DNA of 64,000 nt from an uncultured Rivularia sp. Lineage in GTDB: Bacteria; Cyanobacteriota; Cyanobacteriia; Cyanobacteriales; Nostocaceae. The notes beneath the pieces are model-generated. The model made no database searches. It worked only from the letters and a program-made list of their open reading frames with translations, and was not told where the DNA came from. Both the position numbers and the translations under genes were made by a program. This document shows positions 39,615 through 50,482 of this stretch, in pieces; the first letter of the stretch is position 1; every line of letters begins with the position of its first letter. The DNA lies in contig OY762007.1 in NCBI GenBank assembly GCA_963665115.1, positions 7,936,001-8,000,000 on the forward strand, written 5' to 3'.

Positions 39615-41099
39615 TTACTTATTAAAAGACACGTTTACAATCGGATTTTGTCCGTTCATCATGGCGTTTGTTGTAGGTTCCGTCCAACGCGCTAACCAAT
39701 TTGGTTGGATGCCGAAAATTACTATTAATACTGCTAAAACAATTGCTGGCATTCTATCAGACCAATAAACGCGGGGTAAATTAGTTGCTTGTTCAGATAA
39801 GCGTCCGAAGAAGGCTTTACTCATCAGTATCAAGAAGTATGCAGCAGTTAAACCAGTTCCAATCATAGAAATTAAAGTTTGTATGGGGAAAACTTCGTAG
39901 CTGGCGCGAAATACAACAAATTCCGAAATAAAGCCAACCATTCCCGGTATTCCCGCACTTGCCATTACTCCCAAAACCATTAAGCTGCCAATCAAAGGTA
40001 AACCCCTCTCTGGATTTAGCAATCCCTGAACAACGTCTAAATCGCGGCTACCTGCTTTTTTATATATAATCCCTACCAATAAAAATAGCAGCGCTGAAAT
40101 TAAACCGTGGCTAATCATTTGCATTACGGTACCTAATATGCTTAAAGGTGTCGCAGCCGCTGCACCTAAAAGTATGTAGCCCATATGCGCTACAGAACTG
40201 TAAGCCACCATTTTCTTCATATCTTTTTGCGCGATCGCACAAGATGCACCGTAAAGTACGCTGATTACTGCCCAAGTTGCCAGCCAAGGACTTAAATACG
40301 TCCAAGCTTCTGGTAAAAGATACATTCCAAAGCGCAGTATACCGTAAGTTCCCAGCTTCAACAGTACGCCAGCCAGCAGTACGGAAATTGGTGTGGAAGC
40401 TTCTACGTGGGCATCTGGCAGCCAGGTATGTAGGGGAACCAAAGGCATTTTGATACCGAAGCCGATTAAAATCCCTGCCAATAGCAAAATTTGTGTTGCC
40501 AAAGGTATGGAGCTTGTTTGTATGCCTTCTAAAGCAAAAGTAGACGCACCACTCAGCCAAACTAAACCCAAAAAGCTTGCTAAAACCAAAATTCCAGAAA
40601 CGGCAGTATAAATCAAAAATTTAGTTGCCGCATAACCCCGACGCTCCCCACCCCATATAGCAATCAGCAAATACAGGGGAATCAATTCTAATTCGTAAAA
40701 CAGGAAAAATAATAGTAAATCCTGCGATAAAAAAGCTCCCGTAACTCCTATGTTGAGAAGCAATAATAAAGAATAATATAAACGCGATCGCGGTATAGCC
40801 GTGTCGCTACTATAAACAGCTATTCCCGTCAGTAACGCATTTAATATCAACAAAGGCAAAGACAAACCATCAATCCCAATCTGATAATTCAAACCTAACG
40901 CATCTATCCAAGGGATGAATTCGCTAAATTGTTGATTAACTTCACCAAGATTAAACTGACTGGCTAAAACCAAAGTCCATAAAAAAGAAATTACAGCAAC
41001 AATCAAAGCCACTGTACGAGAAACTTTCGCAGTGATACCGGGGACAAACGCAATTAAAGCCGCACCTAAAAGCGGTAGCAAAATTAAGATACTAAGCAT
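39615..41099 (-). CDS. ndhD4: NDH-1 subunit D4 (CO2 uptake)
   Basis: FFLFYELELIP, PLHTWLPDAH, LLKLGTYG, AYSSVAHMG. Start MLSIL at 41099. Confidence 0.9.
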   Translation of the reverse strand: MLSILILLPLLGAALIAFVPGITAKVSRTVALIVAVISFLWTLVLASQFNLGEVNQQFSEFIPWIDALGLNYQIGIDGLSLPLLILNALLTGIAVYSSDTAIPRSRLYYSLLLLLNIGVTGAFLSQDLLLFFLFYELELIPLYLLIAIWGGERRGYAATKFLIYTAVSGILVLASFLGLVWLSGASTFALEGIQTSSIPLATQILLLAGILIGFGIKMPLVPLHTWLPDAHVEASTPISVLLAGVLLKLGTYGILRFGMYLLPEAWTYLSPWLATWAVISVLYGASCAIAQKDMKKMVAYSSVAHMGYILLGAAAATPLSILGTVMQMISHGLISALLFLLVGIIYKKAGSRDLDVVQGLLNPERGLPLIGSLMVLGVMASAGIPGMVGFISEFVVFRASYEVFPIQTLISMIGTGLTAAYFLILMSKAFFGRLSEQATNLPRVYWSDRMPAIVLAVLIVIFGIQPNWLARWTEPTTNAMMNGQNPIVNVSFNK

Positions 41100-41269
41100 G
41101 GGGAATATGAAGGATGGGGAGAGGGGGTGGAGGGGGTAGATGGGGCAGAGGGGGGAGACAAGGGGAGGAGGAGACAAGGGGACAAGGGAATAAGGCAAAT
41201 TAGTTCCTAACTCGCTACTTACTACTTGCTACTCACTACTCTTAACTCCCAACTCCTAACTTTTTCAAT

Positions 41270-43138
41270 CTAAAATCTAAAATTGGTCGGTAGATCGTTG
41301 AGTAATCCTAAACTCCAACTAATAAATAAGCCGATTGCACTGACTCCGAAGATAATGGTCAGCAAATAACCTTGAGAACGCCCGGAAATACTATACTTTA
41401 AACCTTGTCCGCTGAAAATAGCTGCAAAACCAACTAGGTTTACAAATCCATCTACTAAATAGCGATCGCTCCAAGCGGAAATTTTTGACAGCCAAGCGAC
41501 GGCACCTATCACTGTTACCCGATAAATCCGGTCTATATAAAAGTCGTATCCTAATAAATCTTGTATAAATCTCCAAGTTAAGATTCTCGATCTTGACCAA
41601 GCTTTATGCAGATAGATTGTGGAACCGATTATTACTCCGAGCAAGCTTGAAGATACTAATGCTGCTAATACATACCAATTAATACTTTCCCAAGTTGGCA
41701 ACAAGTACCATTGCTGAAGCATTATTGGCACTAACAAAGTCATGATAGTTAGCGACACCATTGGTAATGCCATTGGCCAATGTACTTCCGGAGTTCTACG
41801 GGTTTTTTGTTGCGGTTCTCCCCAAAAGGCTAACCTAAATACTCTGGTTAAATTCAAGGCTGTTAAACCATTAACTATTATCAGAATTCCAATTACCCAG
41901 GGGCTAGTTACAACAAAACCATCAGCCCATGACAGCATTGCCCAAAAACTTCCTAAAGGTAGCAGCGTTACCATACCTGCCGAACCGACAATAAAAGCTG
42001 TAGTAGTTGCAGGCATCCGCGACCACAATCCGCCCATCTCGGTTATATCCTGGGTGTGAGTGGTGTAAATCACCGATCCAGCACTCATAAATAACAAAGC
42101 TTTGGCAATACCGTGGGTAAGCAATAAAAGCAGCGCTACACGACCTTGTTCCATACCTGCTGCGACAAACACTAAACCCATGTATGCGCTGGTGGAATGA
42201 GATAAGGTTCGCTTGATATCTATCTGAGCTATGGAAACTAAACTTGCTCCTATAGCAGTTACGGTACCGATAACTAACAAAGCATCCAAAGCTACTGGTG
42301 ATAAAGCTATAATCGGCTCTAACTTGTAAAGTACGTAAGCACCACCACCAACTACTAACGAATTCCGCAGTACTGAAGCTGGATTTGGTCCTTCCATTGC
42401 TTCATCCAACCACAAATTTAGGGGAAACTGAGCGCATTTACCAACAGGTCCGGCAATTAATGCTAATCCTAATAAAGTTGATGTTAGGGGGCTTAACTCT
42501 GCCGTTTTAGCCCATTCATACAAGTCGGAAAAATCCCAACTACCTGCCATCGTACCTATAGTTACTACTCCCATTAGCAATAATAAATCTCCTACCCGTT
42601 TGGTAAGAAATGCATCTCGTGCTGCCGTAACTACTAAAGGTTGAGCGTACCAAAATCCTACTAAAAGATAAGTTGAAAGAGTTAAAACTTCCAATACCAT
42701 GTAGCTTAAAAGCAAAGAATCGCTAATAGCTAAAGCACTTAAAGCTGCTTCAAATAAACCCATCAAAGCAAAAAATCTTGCCGTTGCCCAGTCCTTTTCT
42801 AAATAGCCCAGCGCGTAAATTTGTGCCAACAAACTCAATCCGGCAATTAAAATTGTTGCACCAATACCTACTGACGATATATCTAATTCAAAAGATAAAT
42901 TTAAATCTCGGCACGAAAACCAATTAATAATATAGCTTTGTGGCTTGCTACCCTCAACCTCTTTAAATACCAACAAACTATGAGTTAGAGCTAAAGCAGT
43001 TGTCAATATATTTAAGTAGGCTGCCGGTCTTGGCCCGGTACGCTTAATCAATCCCATAGTCCAGGGTAAAGTTAACAGCGCACCTACTAACCCATATAGT
43101 GGCAAAGCCCAAGTAGTTGAAAATAAGAATTGATTCAT
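41270..43138 (-). CDS. ndhF4: NDH-1 subunit F4 (CO2 uptake)
   Basis: TGPRPAAY, KCAQFPLNLWLDEAMEGP, context with ndhD and cupB. Confidence 0.9.
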   Translation of the reverse strand: MNQFLFSTTWALPLYGLVGALLTLPWTMGLIKRTGPRPAAYLNILTTALALTHSLLVFKEVEGSKPQSYIINWFSCRDLNLSFELDISSVGIGATILIAGLSLLAQIYALGYLEKDWATARFFALMGLFEAALSALAISDSLLLSYMVLEVLTLSTYLLVGFWYAQPLVVTAARDAFLTKRVGDLLLLMGVVTIGTMAGSWDFSDLYEWAKTAELSPLTSTLLGLALIAGPVGKCAQFPLNLWLDEAMEGPNPASVLRNSLVVGGGAYVLYKLEPIIALSPVALDALLVIGTVTAIGASLVSIAQIDIKRTLSHSTSAYMGLVFVAAGMEQGRVALLLLLTHGIAKALLFMSAGSVIYTTHTQDITEMGGLWSRMPATTTAFIVGSAGMVTLLPLGSFWAMLSWADGFVVTSPWVIGILIIVNGLTALNLTRVFRLAFWGEPQQKTRRTPEVHWPMALPMVSLTIMTLLVPIMLQQWYLLPTWESINWYVLAALVSSSLLGVIIGSTIYLHKAWSRSRILTWRFIQDLLGYDFYIDRIYRVTVIGAVAWLSKISAWSDRYLVDGFVNLVGFAAIFSGQGLKYSISGRSQGYLLTIIFGVSAIGLFISWSLGLLNDLPTNFRF

Positions 43139-43765
43139 ATAAATTTACCGCTATAAAAGCCTTTAATACATTTTCCTAAACATTCAATACTTTGTGCTAT
43201 CTAAATCTGTATTCACCTTCTCTAGTATTTGATAAATATCTGATTTTTTGGTATAAATGCTCAAAAAACCTTAATCCAAAAATACTTTTTTTAATTAGTA
43301 ATCTTGAATTATAATGTGACTTTTCCTGATTTCAAAATTAATAACTATCTGTCTGATAAGTTTATTTTATATTTTTTATATTTATTTTATATGTCTTTTG
43401 CACCAATAGCAATATCATAAAGAAAGACCGAATTATAACTCTTTGAGATAACGGTCAATATACGCCACTATTTGATTTATGCTGCTACGAAGCCGGTCTG
43501 GGCAAATGTAATAAAGAAATTATAAAGCAGAAGCGACCACTCTAAAAACTGTAAAGTTTTAGACGGCTGTAACGAACCCTCAAAGATATGTTAAGTTTTT
43601 TAAAATGCTTTTATTACAAACTATTATACTAATTTATATTGCAAGGGGTGCAAAGCTTTCATATGCTTAATTAGGAAGGCTTTTTTTTAAGCTCAAGATT
43701 GAGCGTTACACGTTAGAAAAAACCTTCGTCTGAGTACGAATCGAGTAACTTGTTGGAGTCAGTAA

Positions 43766-44074
43766 ATGCCTATAGCAGTTGGAATGATTGAAACCAAAGG
43801 TTTCCCCGCAGTCGTGGAAGCTGCGGATGCGATGGTGAAAGCCGCTCGCGTGACCTTGGTGGGCTATGAAAAAATCGGTAGCGCCCGCGTAACAGTAATT
43901 GTTCGGGGAGATGTTTCTGAGGTACAGGCTTCGGTTGCAGCAGGAATCGAAGCTGCCAGACGAGTAAACGGTGGTGAAGTTGTTTCCACTCACATTATTG
44001 CGCGTCCCCACGAGAACCTGGAATACGTATTGCCGATTAGGTATACCGAGGCAGTGGAACAATTCCGAACTTAA
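43766..44074 (+). CDS. ccmK2: Carboxysome shell hexamer CcmK2
   Basis: BMC domain, 102 aa, ends EQFRT. Confidence 0.92.
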   Translation: MPIAVGMIETKGFPAVVEAADAMVKAARVTLVGYEKIGSARVTVIVRGDVSEVQASVAAGIEAARRVNGGEVVSTHIIARPHENLEYVLPIRYTEAVEQFRT

Positions 44075-44436
44075 CGGCTTTCAATTAGTTTAAATTTTTG
44101 TGAAATGCCCCAACGCTGCTTTTAATCGAGCTTGCTGCGCGAGCTTTCTTAAGAACAAAAATAAGAAAAACGCCCACTATTTCTCTCTATCTTTTCTGTA
44201 AAAACTGATGGGTTGATTATATTCATTTAAAGTGTGGTAGTCAGTAGCTAAGATCGGCAATCGGGGATTATTAGTCAAGCTGGAAACGGCAAATGCAATT
44301 ATCGCCTTTTTGTAATGAAATATAGACCGCCAAGTTTTTACTGTCCAAATATTTTGTACAGATTTTTGAAGGCGGTTCCCTTCTTAAACAAGAAATGCAG
44401 TTTTATATTTAGGAAATTCTTTGAGGATTAAAAGTA

Positions 44437-44781
44437 ATGTCAATTGCAGTCGGAATGGTTGAAACGCTAGGATTTCCAGCGGTTGTAGAAGCAGCAGATG
44501 CGATGGTGAAAGCTGCTCGCGTAACCTTGGTAGGATACGAAAAAATCGGTACTGGGCGCGTTACCGTTATTGTTCGAGGAGACGTATCTGAGGTACAAGC
44601 TTCAGTTGGAGCGGGAATTGATTCAGTCAAGCGAGTAAACGGCGGACAAGTGTTGTCTACTCACATCATTGCTCGTCCCCACGAAAACCTCGAATACGTT
44701 CTACCGATTAGATATACCGAAGATGTAGAGCAATTCCGGGAAAACGTAAACGCAATTCGTCCTTATGGTGGAAGACCTTAA
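44437..44781 (+). CDS. ccmK1: Carboxysome shell hexamer CcmK1
   Basis: BMC domain with a C-terminal extension, 114 aa. Confidence 0.9.
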   Translation: MSIAVGMVETLGFPAVVEAADAMVKAARVTLVGYEKIGTGRVTVIVRGDVSEVQASVGAGIDSVKRVNGGQVLSTHIIARPHENLEYVLPIRYTEDVEQFRENVNAIRPYGGRP

Positions 44782-44801
44782 TCTTGATACCATAAAAAGG
44801 A

Positions 44802-45101
44802 ATGCAAATTGCTAAAGTTCGCGGTACGGTATCTAGCACGCAGAAAGATCCAAGTTTTAGAGGAGTCAAACTGCTGCTGTTACAGCTAATAGATGAAGAA
44901 GGGCGCGTCCAGCCAGAATACGAAGTGGCAGCGGATAGTGTTGGTGCGGGAGTAGATGAGTGGGTACTCATCAGTCGTGGTAGTGCTGCGCGTCAAGTTT
45001 ATGGCAACGAACAGCGTCCAATTGACGCAGCAGTAGTAGCGATAATTGATACGGTTTACGTTGAAAATCGCCAAGTCTACAGCAAAAAAGAACAATATTA
45101 A
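44802..45101 (+). CDS. ccmL: Carboxysome pentamer CcmL
   Basis: MQIAKVRGTV, VAAD.VGAG..EWVL.SRGSAAR. Confidence 0.96.
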   Translation: MQIAKVRGTVSSTQKDPSFRGVKLLLLQLIDEEGRVQPEYEVAADSVGAGVDEWVLISRGSAARQVYGNEQRPIDAAVVAIIDTVYVENRQVYSKKEQY

Positions 45102-45225
45102 GTTAGTTGTTAGAAGATAGTTGTTAGTAGTTAGTGATTTTCTAATAACTAATAACTAATAACTAATAACTAATAACTAACAACTAATAACTAACAACTA
45201 ATCGCATTTAAGGAGAATCAACGCT

Positions 45226-47013
45226 ATGAGAGTCCGCAGCATGACAGCGGCTCCCCCAACCCCGTGGTCGAATAATTTAGCTGAACCGCGAATTCATGAA
45301 ACTGCTTTCGTACATTCCTTTTCCCATATTATTGGCGATGTTGAAATCAGTCCTAATGTAATTGTTGCTCCAGGAAGTTCGGTAAGAGCGGATGAGGGAG
45401 CGCCGTTTTTTATCGATGAAAATACCAATATTCAAGATGGCGTTGTTATACACGGCTTGGAGCAAGGTCGGGTATTAGGAGACAACAGGAAAGAATACTC
45501 AGTATGGATAGGTAAAGACAGTTGCATTACCCACATGGCTCTGATTCACGGACCTTGTTATATCGGTGACAACTGCTTTATCGGCTTTCGTTCAACGGTA
45601 TTTAATGCCAGAGTCGGCGATGGCTGTATCGTGATGATGCACGCATTAATCCAAGATGTAGAGATTCCTCCCGGTAAATATGTACCTTCCGGAGCCGTAA
45701 TTATCAGCCAACAGCAAGCCGATCGCTTGCCAGATGTAAATCCACAGGATAAAGAATTTGCTCATCATGTAGTAGGAGTAAATCAGGCACTTAGAGCGGG
45801 TTATCTTTGTGCTGAAGATAGTAAATGTATTACAAAAGTACGTGAAAAAATAGACACATATAATACAAACGTAGATAACGGTTCGCAAACACAAAGGAGT
45901 ATTGAAGTGTATAACAGTGGATTGGACAATCAAACAGTAGACCAAGTGCGCTATCTGTTGGAGCAAGGATATAAAATCGGTACCGAACACGTAGATCGAA
46001 GACGTTTTCGCACGGGTACTTGGAATAGCTGTCATCCCATAGAAGCCAGAAGTGTTGGTGAAGCTGTATCGGCTTTAGAAGGTTGCATGACCGAACACCA
46101 AGGCGAATACGTCCGCTTATTTGGTATTGACGATAAGCAGAAAAAACGGGTATTGGAAACAATTATTCAACGTCCCGATGGTTCAACAAAACCAACTACA
46201 ACATCTACATATACCACTCCTCCGAAACCCAGCAATGGTGGATATAGTAGCAGTCATAGCAATAGTAGTTACAGCAATAGTAGTTACAGCAATAGTAGCT
46301 ACAGAAGCACTAATAATGGTAACTACAGTAACGGTAGCTCTCAACTGAGCAGCGAAACTATAGATCACGTTCGTAACTTGCTGTCTGGCGGTTACAGAAT
46401 CGGTATGGAACACGTAGATAAACGACGCTTCCGCACGGGTTCTTGGCAAAGCTGTAGTCCAATTGAATCAAAAAATGCCAGCGAGGCAATTTCAGCTTTA
46501 GAAGAATGCATGAGAAGCCATGAAGGCGAATACGTGCGCTTGATCGGTATCGATCCTAAAGCCAGAAGAAGAGTTTTAGAAACCATTATTCAACGTCCAG
46601 AGGGTTCGAGTAACGGTTCATCCAACGGCAACGGTGGTTCATACCGTCCCCCTACTAACGTTCCACCAGATTCTAAGGCTACATTTACTCCTGATGTCAG
46701 AAGGTACGGTGTCGGTTTCGAGAGTGGTTCCACCGCAACTCTTACCAATACTCGTTTGAGCGCTGAAGCAATAGAAGAAGTTCGTAATCTTTTACGTGGT
46801 GGTTATAAAATCAGTGCCGAACACGTAGACAAGCGCCGCTTCCGTACAGGTACTTGGGCAAGCTGCGGACAGATAGATTCAAACTCCGAAAGGGAAGTAG
46901 TAGGAATCTTAGAATCTTATTTAGCAGAATATTCAGGAGAATACGTCCGCTTAATTGGAGTCGAACCCAAACTCAAGCGTCGCGTAGTCGAAAACATCAT
47001 TCAACGTCCATAA
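45226..47013 (+). CDS. ccmM: Carboxysome assembly protein CcmM
   Basis: Gamma-carbonic anhydrase-like N-domain plus three RbcS-like repeats (EHVD.RRFRTG.W). Confidence 0.97.
   Translation: MRVRSMTAAPPTPWSNNLAEPRIHETAFVHSFSHIIGDVEISPNVIVAPGSSVRADEGAPFFIDENTNIQDGVVIHGLEQGRVLGDNRKEYSVWIGKDSCITHMALIHGPCYIGDNCFIGFRSTVFNARVGDGCIVMMHALIQDVEIPPGKYVPSGAVIISQQQADRLPDVNPQDKEFAHHVVGVNQALRAGYLCAEDSKCITKVREKIDTYNTNVDNGSQTQRSIEVYNSGLDNQTVDQVRYLLEQGYKIGTEHVDRRRFRTGTWNSCHPIEARSVGEAVSALEGCMTEHQGEYVRLFGIDDKQKKRVLETIIQRPDGSTKPTTTSTYTTPPKPSNGGYSSSHSNSSYSNSSYSNSSYRSTNNGNYSNGSSQLSSETIDHVRNLLSGGYRIGMEHVDKRRFRTGSWQSCSPIESKNASEAISALEECMRSHEGEYVRLIGIDPKARRRVLETIIQRPEGSSNGSSNGNGGSYRPPTNVPPDSKATFTPDVRRYGVGFESGSTATLTNTRLSAEAIEEVRNLLRGGYKISAEHVDKRRFRTGTWASCGQIDSNSEREVVGILESYLAEYSGEYVRLIGVEPKLKRRVVENIIQRP
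45895..45909 (+). promoter_or_regulatory. Putative internal RBS and GTG start for the short CcmM isoform
   Basis: AGGAG (45895-45899) lies 7 nt before the in-frame GTG at 45907, just ahead of the first RbcS-like repeat. Confidence 0.7.
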
Positions 47014-47221
47014 GAAATTGGGGAATGGGGCATTGGGTAATGGGTAATGGGTAATGGGTAATGGGTAATAGGTAATAGGCAAGAAGTTAAAATCATTAAC
47101 TAACTCCCAATTCCTAACTCCTAACTCCCAATTCTTAACTCCTAACTCCCAACTCTCCTTGTCCCCTTGTCCCCCATCTCGCCCCTCTCCCTCATCCTCC
47201 ACTCACGAGGTAAAAAATATC

Positions 47222-47998
47222 ATGTCCGTGCCGCCACTGCGTCTGTATAACAATTTTGAGACTTTTTACAGTGGCGAGGTGATTATTCATGCAAGTGCTG
47301 TTATAGCACCAGGGGTGATAATGCAAGCGGCTCCTAATAGCAAAATAATTATCGGTTCTGGAGTTTGTATTGGTATGGGGTCGATTCTCCAAGTAGATAC
47401 AGGAACTTTAGAGATAGAACCGGGTGCTAATTTAGGAGCGGGCTTGCTTATGGTTGGTGCGGGTAAAATTGGCACTAATGCTTGTATAGGTTCGGCTACA
47501 ACTGTATTTCGTTCTTCTGTAGAGCCGGGAAAAGTAGTTCCTGCTGGTTCGGTTATCGGAGATACTAGTAGGTCTTTTAGCGAACCTTCCCCCCAGGAAA
47601 TGAATGGTAAAGTCCCACAACCGCACCTACCTTTAGCAGAGAAAGTAGAAGCTCAGGAAACTGAACAAACGAATCAACCAGAGGAAGCAAAAGAAATTCC
47701 TTCTAATGTTTCTGATGGTACCAAACCTTCAATTTATACTACTCCTCCCGTCACTCCCTCACCTCGTCCTTACGTTAGTCCATCTCCAATTTCGTATTTT
47801 TCTCCCGTTAAAGATTCAACAGATTTAACACCGGAAACAGTTGAATCTGTTGATACAGCAGAAGAACCTACCAATGGGAATTCAAACGGTGCGGGAAATC
47901 ATATCTATGGAAGAAGCAACGTCAAAAGCCTGCTGACAACATTATTTCCCCACCGACAAACTTTAGATACACCTCATGATGAATCTGAAGAAGGATGA
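47222..47998 (+). CDS. ccmN: Carboxysome protein CcmN
   Basis: Hexapeptide repeats, Pro-rich linker, C-terminal IYG...LLTTLFPH peptide. Start MSVPP. Confidence 0.93.
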   Translation: MSVPPLRLYNNFETFYSGEVIIHASAVIAPGVIMQAAPNSKIIIGSGVCIGMGSILQVDTGTLEIEPGANLGAGLLMVGAGKIGTNACIGSATTVFRSSVEPGKVVPAGSVIGDTSRSFSEPSPQEMNGKVPQPHLPLAEKVEAQETEQTNQPEEAKEIPSNVSDGTKPSIYTTPPVTPSPRPYVSPSPISYFSPVKDSTDLTPETVESVDTAEEPTNGNSNGAGNHIYGRSNVKSLLTTLFPHRQTLDTPHDESEEG

Positions 47999-48272
47999 AA
48001 TAAATTAATCTATGAATTAAGCTTGTATTCTTTGTTGTAATTTACGCTGCATCACGAATCGATATTTATAGATATTTATATTTACGCTTAGCAGCAATAT
48101 CCCCATAAATAGCACTTTTGTATTCAATATAAGTCTACCCACTAAAAACATTTTCCATGCTCCATCCTTCACATTTGATAGAAGTTAGGATTAAAGGATA
48201 AGACGTAAATTCATATGTTTAATTTTTATCCTTCACTTTTCGCAGTTAGTTGGAGTTTTGGGGAAAATTTAG

Positions 48273-49073
48273 ATGCACTCATATAATCAATATTCGTCAC
48301 GAAATCGAGATATTAAAGATACCGCTTTAGGATTGGTATCTACTATAAGTTTTCCTGCAATAGTGGGGACGGCGGATATGATGCTCAAATCTGCTGGAGT
48401 TCATTTAATCGGATACGAGAAAATTGGTGGAGGACATTGTACTGCCGTAATTCGCGGTGGAGTCGCTGATGTACGTTTAGCAGTAGAATCTGGCGAACAA
48501 ACTGCAAAGCAATTCGGGCAGTTTGTGTCTAGTTTAGTAATACCTCGTCCATATCCTAATTTAAATTTAGTATTACCCATTGCTAATCGTCTAAGTAGTT
48601 TTGCCGATGGAGCCAGCTATAATAAATTAAGCAATCAAGCAGTTGGTTTGGTCGAAACAATTGGTTTTCCGGCGATGGTGGGAGCCTGTGATGCCATGCT
48701 TAAATCAGCAGAAGTTCAGTTAGCAGCTTATGAAAAAATCGGTGCGGGTTTATGTACTGCTATCATTCGCGGCTCTGTAGCAAATGTTGCAGTAGCAGTA
48801 GAAGCAGGAATGTACGAAGCAGAACGTATTGGGGATTTAAATGCCGTTATGGTGATACCTCGTCCGTTAGATGAATTAGAGCAAACCCTACCAGTAGCAA
48901 GTTGTTGGATAGAAGAACGTCAACCAGTAAATTTACCAGTCAGTATCAAAGAGCAAGTTGGAGAAGCAGAATTATTAGAATTGCCAGATTTAAACAAGTT
49001 GCCTGAAAAAATCATTGAGGAAGTAACAATCGTACCGGAAGTTGAAAGATTGGAAATGGGTGAGTTGGAGTAG
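48273..49073 (+). CDS. ccmO: Tandem-BMC shell protein CcmO
   Basis: Two BMC domains, located after ccmN. Confidence 0.92.
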   Translation: MHSYNQYSSRNRDIKDTALGLVSTISFPAIVGTADMMLKSAGVHLIGYEKIGGGHCTAVIRGGVADVRLAVESGEQTAKQFGQFVSSLVIPRPYPNLNLVLPIANRLSSFADGASYNKLSNQAVGLVETIGFPAMVGACDAMLKSAEVQLAAYEKIGAGLCTAIIRGSVANVAVAVEAGMYEAERIGDLNAVMVIPRPLDELEQTLPVASCWIEERQPVNLPVSIKEQVGEAELLELPDLNKLPEKIIEEVTIVPEVERLEMGELE

Positions 49074-49310
49074 GGATTAGGGAGTAGGGAGTAGGAAGTA
49101 GGAAGTAGGGGATTTGGGCATTGGGGATAGGGCATTGGATTATCACTTGTATTTTTTATTCAAATACAGCTAACCAAATGCCGTTACTCTTGATAATAAC
49201 TTCTAAATAGTATAAAGGAAATACTGATTTTTGAATTGGGGCTATAGAGTTTACTCTATGGAAAGCCCCGTGATTTTCTCATGAGCGAAAGCTGTTTTTA
49301 ACCTGATTAT

Positions 49311-49364
49311 TAAGTAATACTTATAGAAACATCTATGGAAAAGCATTTTTGTATAGATGTTTCT
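49311..49364. promoter_or_regulatory. Probable LysR operator region
   Basis: TAAGTA-A-TACTTA (T-N11-A) at 49311-49323, plus a 12-bp inverted repeat AGAAACATCTAT (49325-49336 / 49353-49364) just upstream of the LysR gene. Confidence 0.55.
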
Positions 49365-49394
49365 TTATGTAATATTAGAAGAGGATAATCACCA

Positions 49395-50318
49395 TTGAAT
49401 CAGGCGACGCTGCACCAGTTAAGAGTGTTTGAGGCAGCAGCACGGCACAGTAGTTTTACTAGGGCTGCCGAAGAGTTGTTTCTCACACAACCCACCATTT
49501 CCATGCAGATAAAACAACTGACAAAATCTGTGGGAATTCCATTGTTTGAACAAGTCGGTAAGCGCTTGTATCTTACTGAAGCAGGAAGAGAATTATTTGC
49601 TACTTGCCAAGAAATTTTCAATACTTTTGCTCAGTTTGAGATGAAAGTAGCGGATTTAAAAGGTTTAAAACAAGGGCAATTACGTTTAGCAGTTATTACA
49701 ACAGCAAAATATTTTATTCCGCGTTTATTAGGCTCATTTTGTCAACTTTATCCGGGAATTGAGATTTCTTTACAAGTTACAAATCATGAAGGCATTCTGG
49801 ATCGAATGACAAGCAATCAAGACGACTTATATATTATGAGTCAAATTCCAGAACATCTTGATATTAACTGTGAAGCATTTTTAGACAATCCTTTAGTCGT
49901 TTTAGCACCAATTAATCACCCTTTAGCCTCGGAAAAAAATATCCCCATATCAAAGTTGACAAATGAAGCTTTTATAATGCGGGAACCCGGTTCTGGAACT
50001 CGTAGAGCAGTACAACAATTATTTGATGAAAACGATGTACAAGTAAAGGTAAAACTGGAATTGGGTAGTAATGAAGCGATAAAACAAGCTATTGCTGGAG
50101 GTTTAGGAATATCAGTTTTATCTCGTCATACATTGATGCCTTATGCAGAGGATTTAACTATTTTAGATGTAGAACATTTCCCCATAAAACGTAATTGGTA
50201 TATGGTTTATCCCAATGGGAAACAATTATCTATTGTTGGACGTACCTATTTTGAATATTTATTAGAAGCCGCCAAGCAATTTGCTTCGTCCACTTCTTTG
50301 TATGAGAAAGCGAAATAG
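49395..50318 (+). CDS. cmpR: CbbR-subfamily LysR regulator (CmpR-like)
   Basis: TLHQLRVF..SFTRAAEELFLTQP, REPGSGTR, ELGSNEAIKQAI. TTG start. Position after ccmO matches Anabaena cmpR as I recall it; symbol assigned by synteny. Confidence 0.75.
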   Translation: MNQATLHQLRVFEAAARHSSFTRAAEELFLTQPTISMQIKQLTKSVGIPLFEQVGKRLYLTEAGRELFATCQEIFNTFAQFEMKVADLKGLKQGQLRLAVITTAKYFIPRLLGSFCQLYPGIEISLQVTNHEGILDRMTSNQDDLYIMSQIPEHLDINCEAFLDNPLVVLAPINHPLASEKNIPISKLTNEAFIMREPGSGTRRAVQQLFDENDVQVKVKLELGSNEAIKQAIAGGLGISVLSRHTLMPYAEDLTILDVEHFPIKRNWYMVYPNGKQLSIVGRTYFEYLLEAAKQFASSTSLYEKAK

Positions 50319-50482
50319 GGGGATGGGAGACAAGGGGATGGGGGATGGGGAGATGGAAAGTAATATTTCTGATTTGCAATACAAGATGTGTAGAGACGTA
50401 GCATTGCTACGTCTTTTGATTTTGCGGAATAACAAAAATTCTTTGTTTAAGAACAATACCGTTGAATAACTATTCGTATTAC

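Noticed and set aside
41100..41198. Pro-rich N-terminal extension of NdhD4 (likewise CcmN 47159-47221 and MscS 31052-31219)
   Set aside because: These are translations of intergenic tandem repeats; better starts lie downstream.
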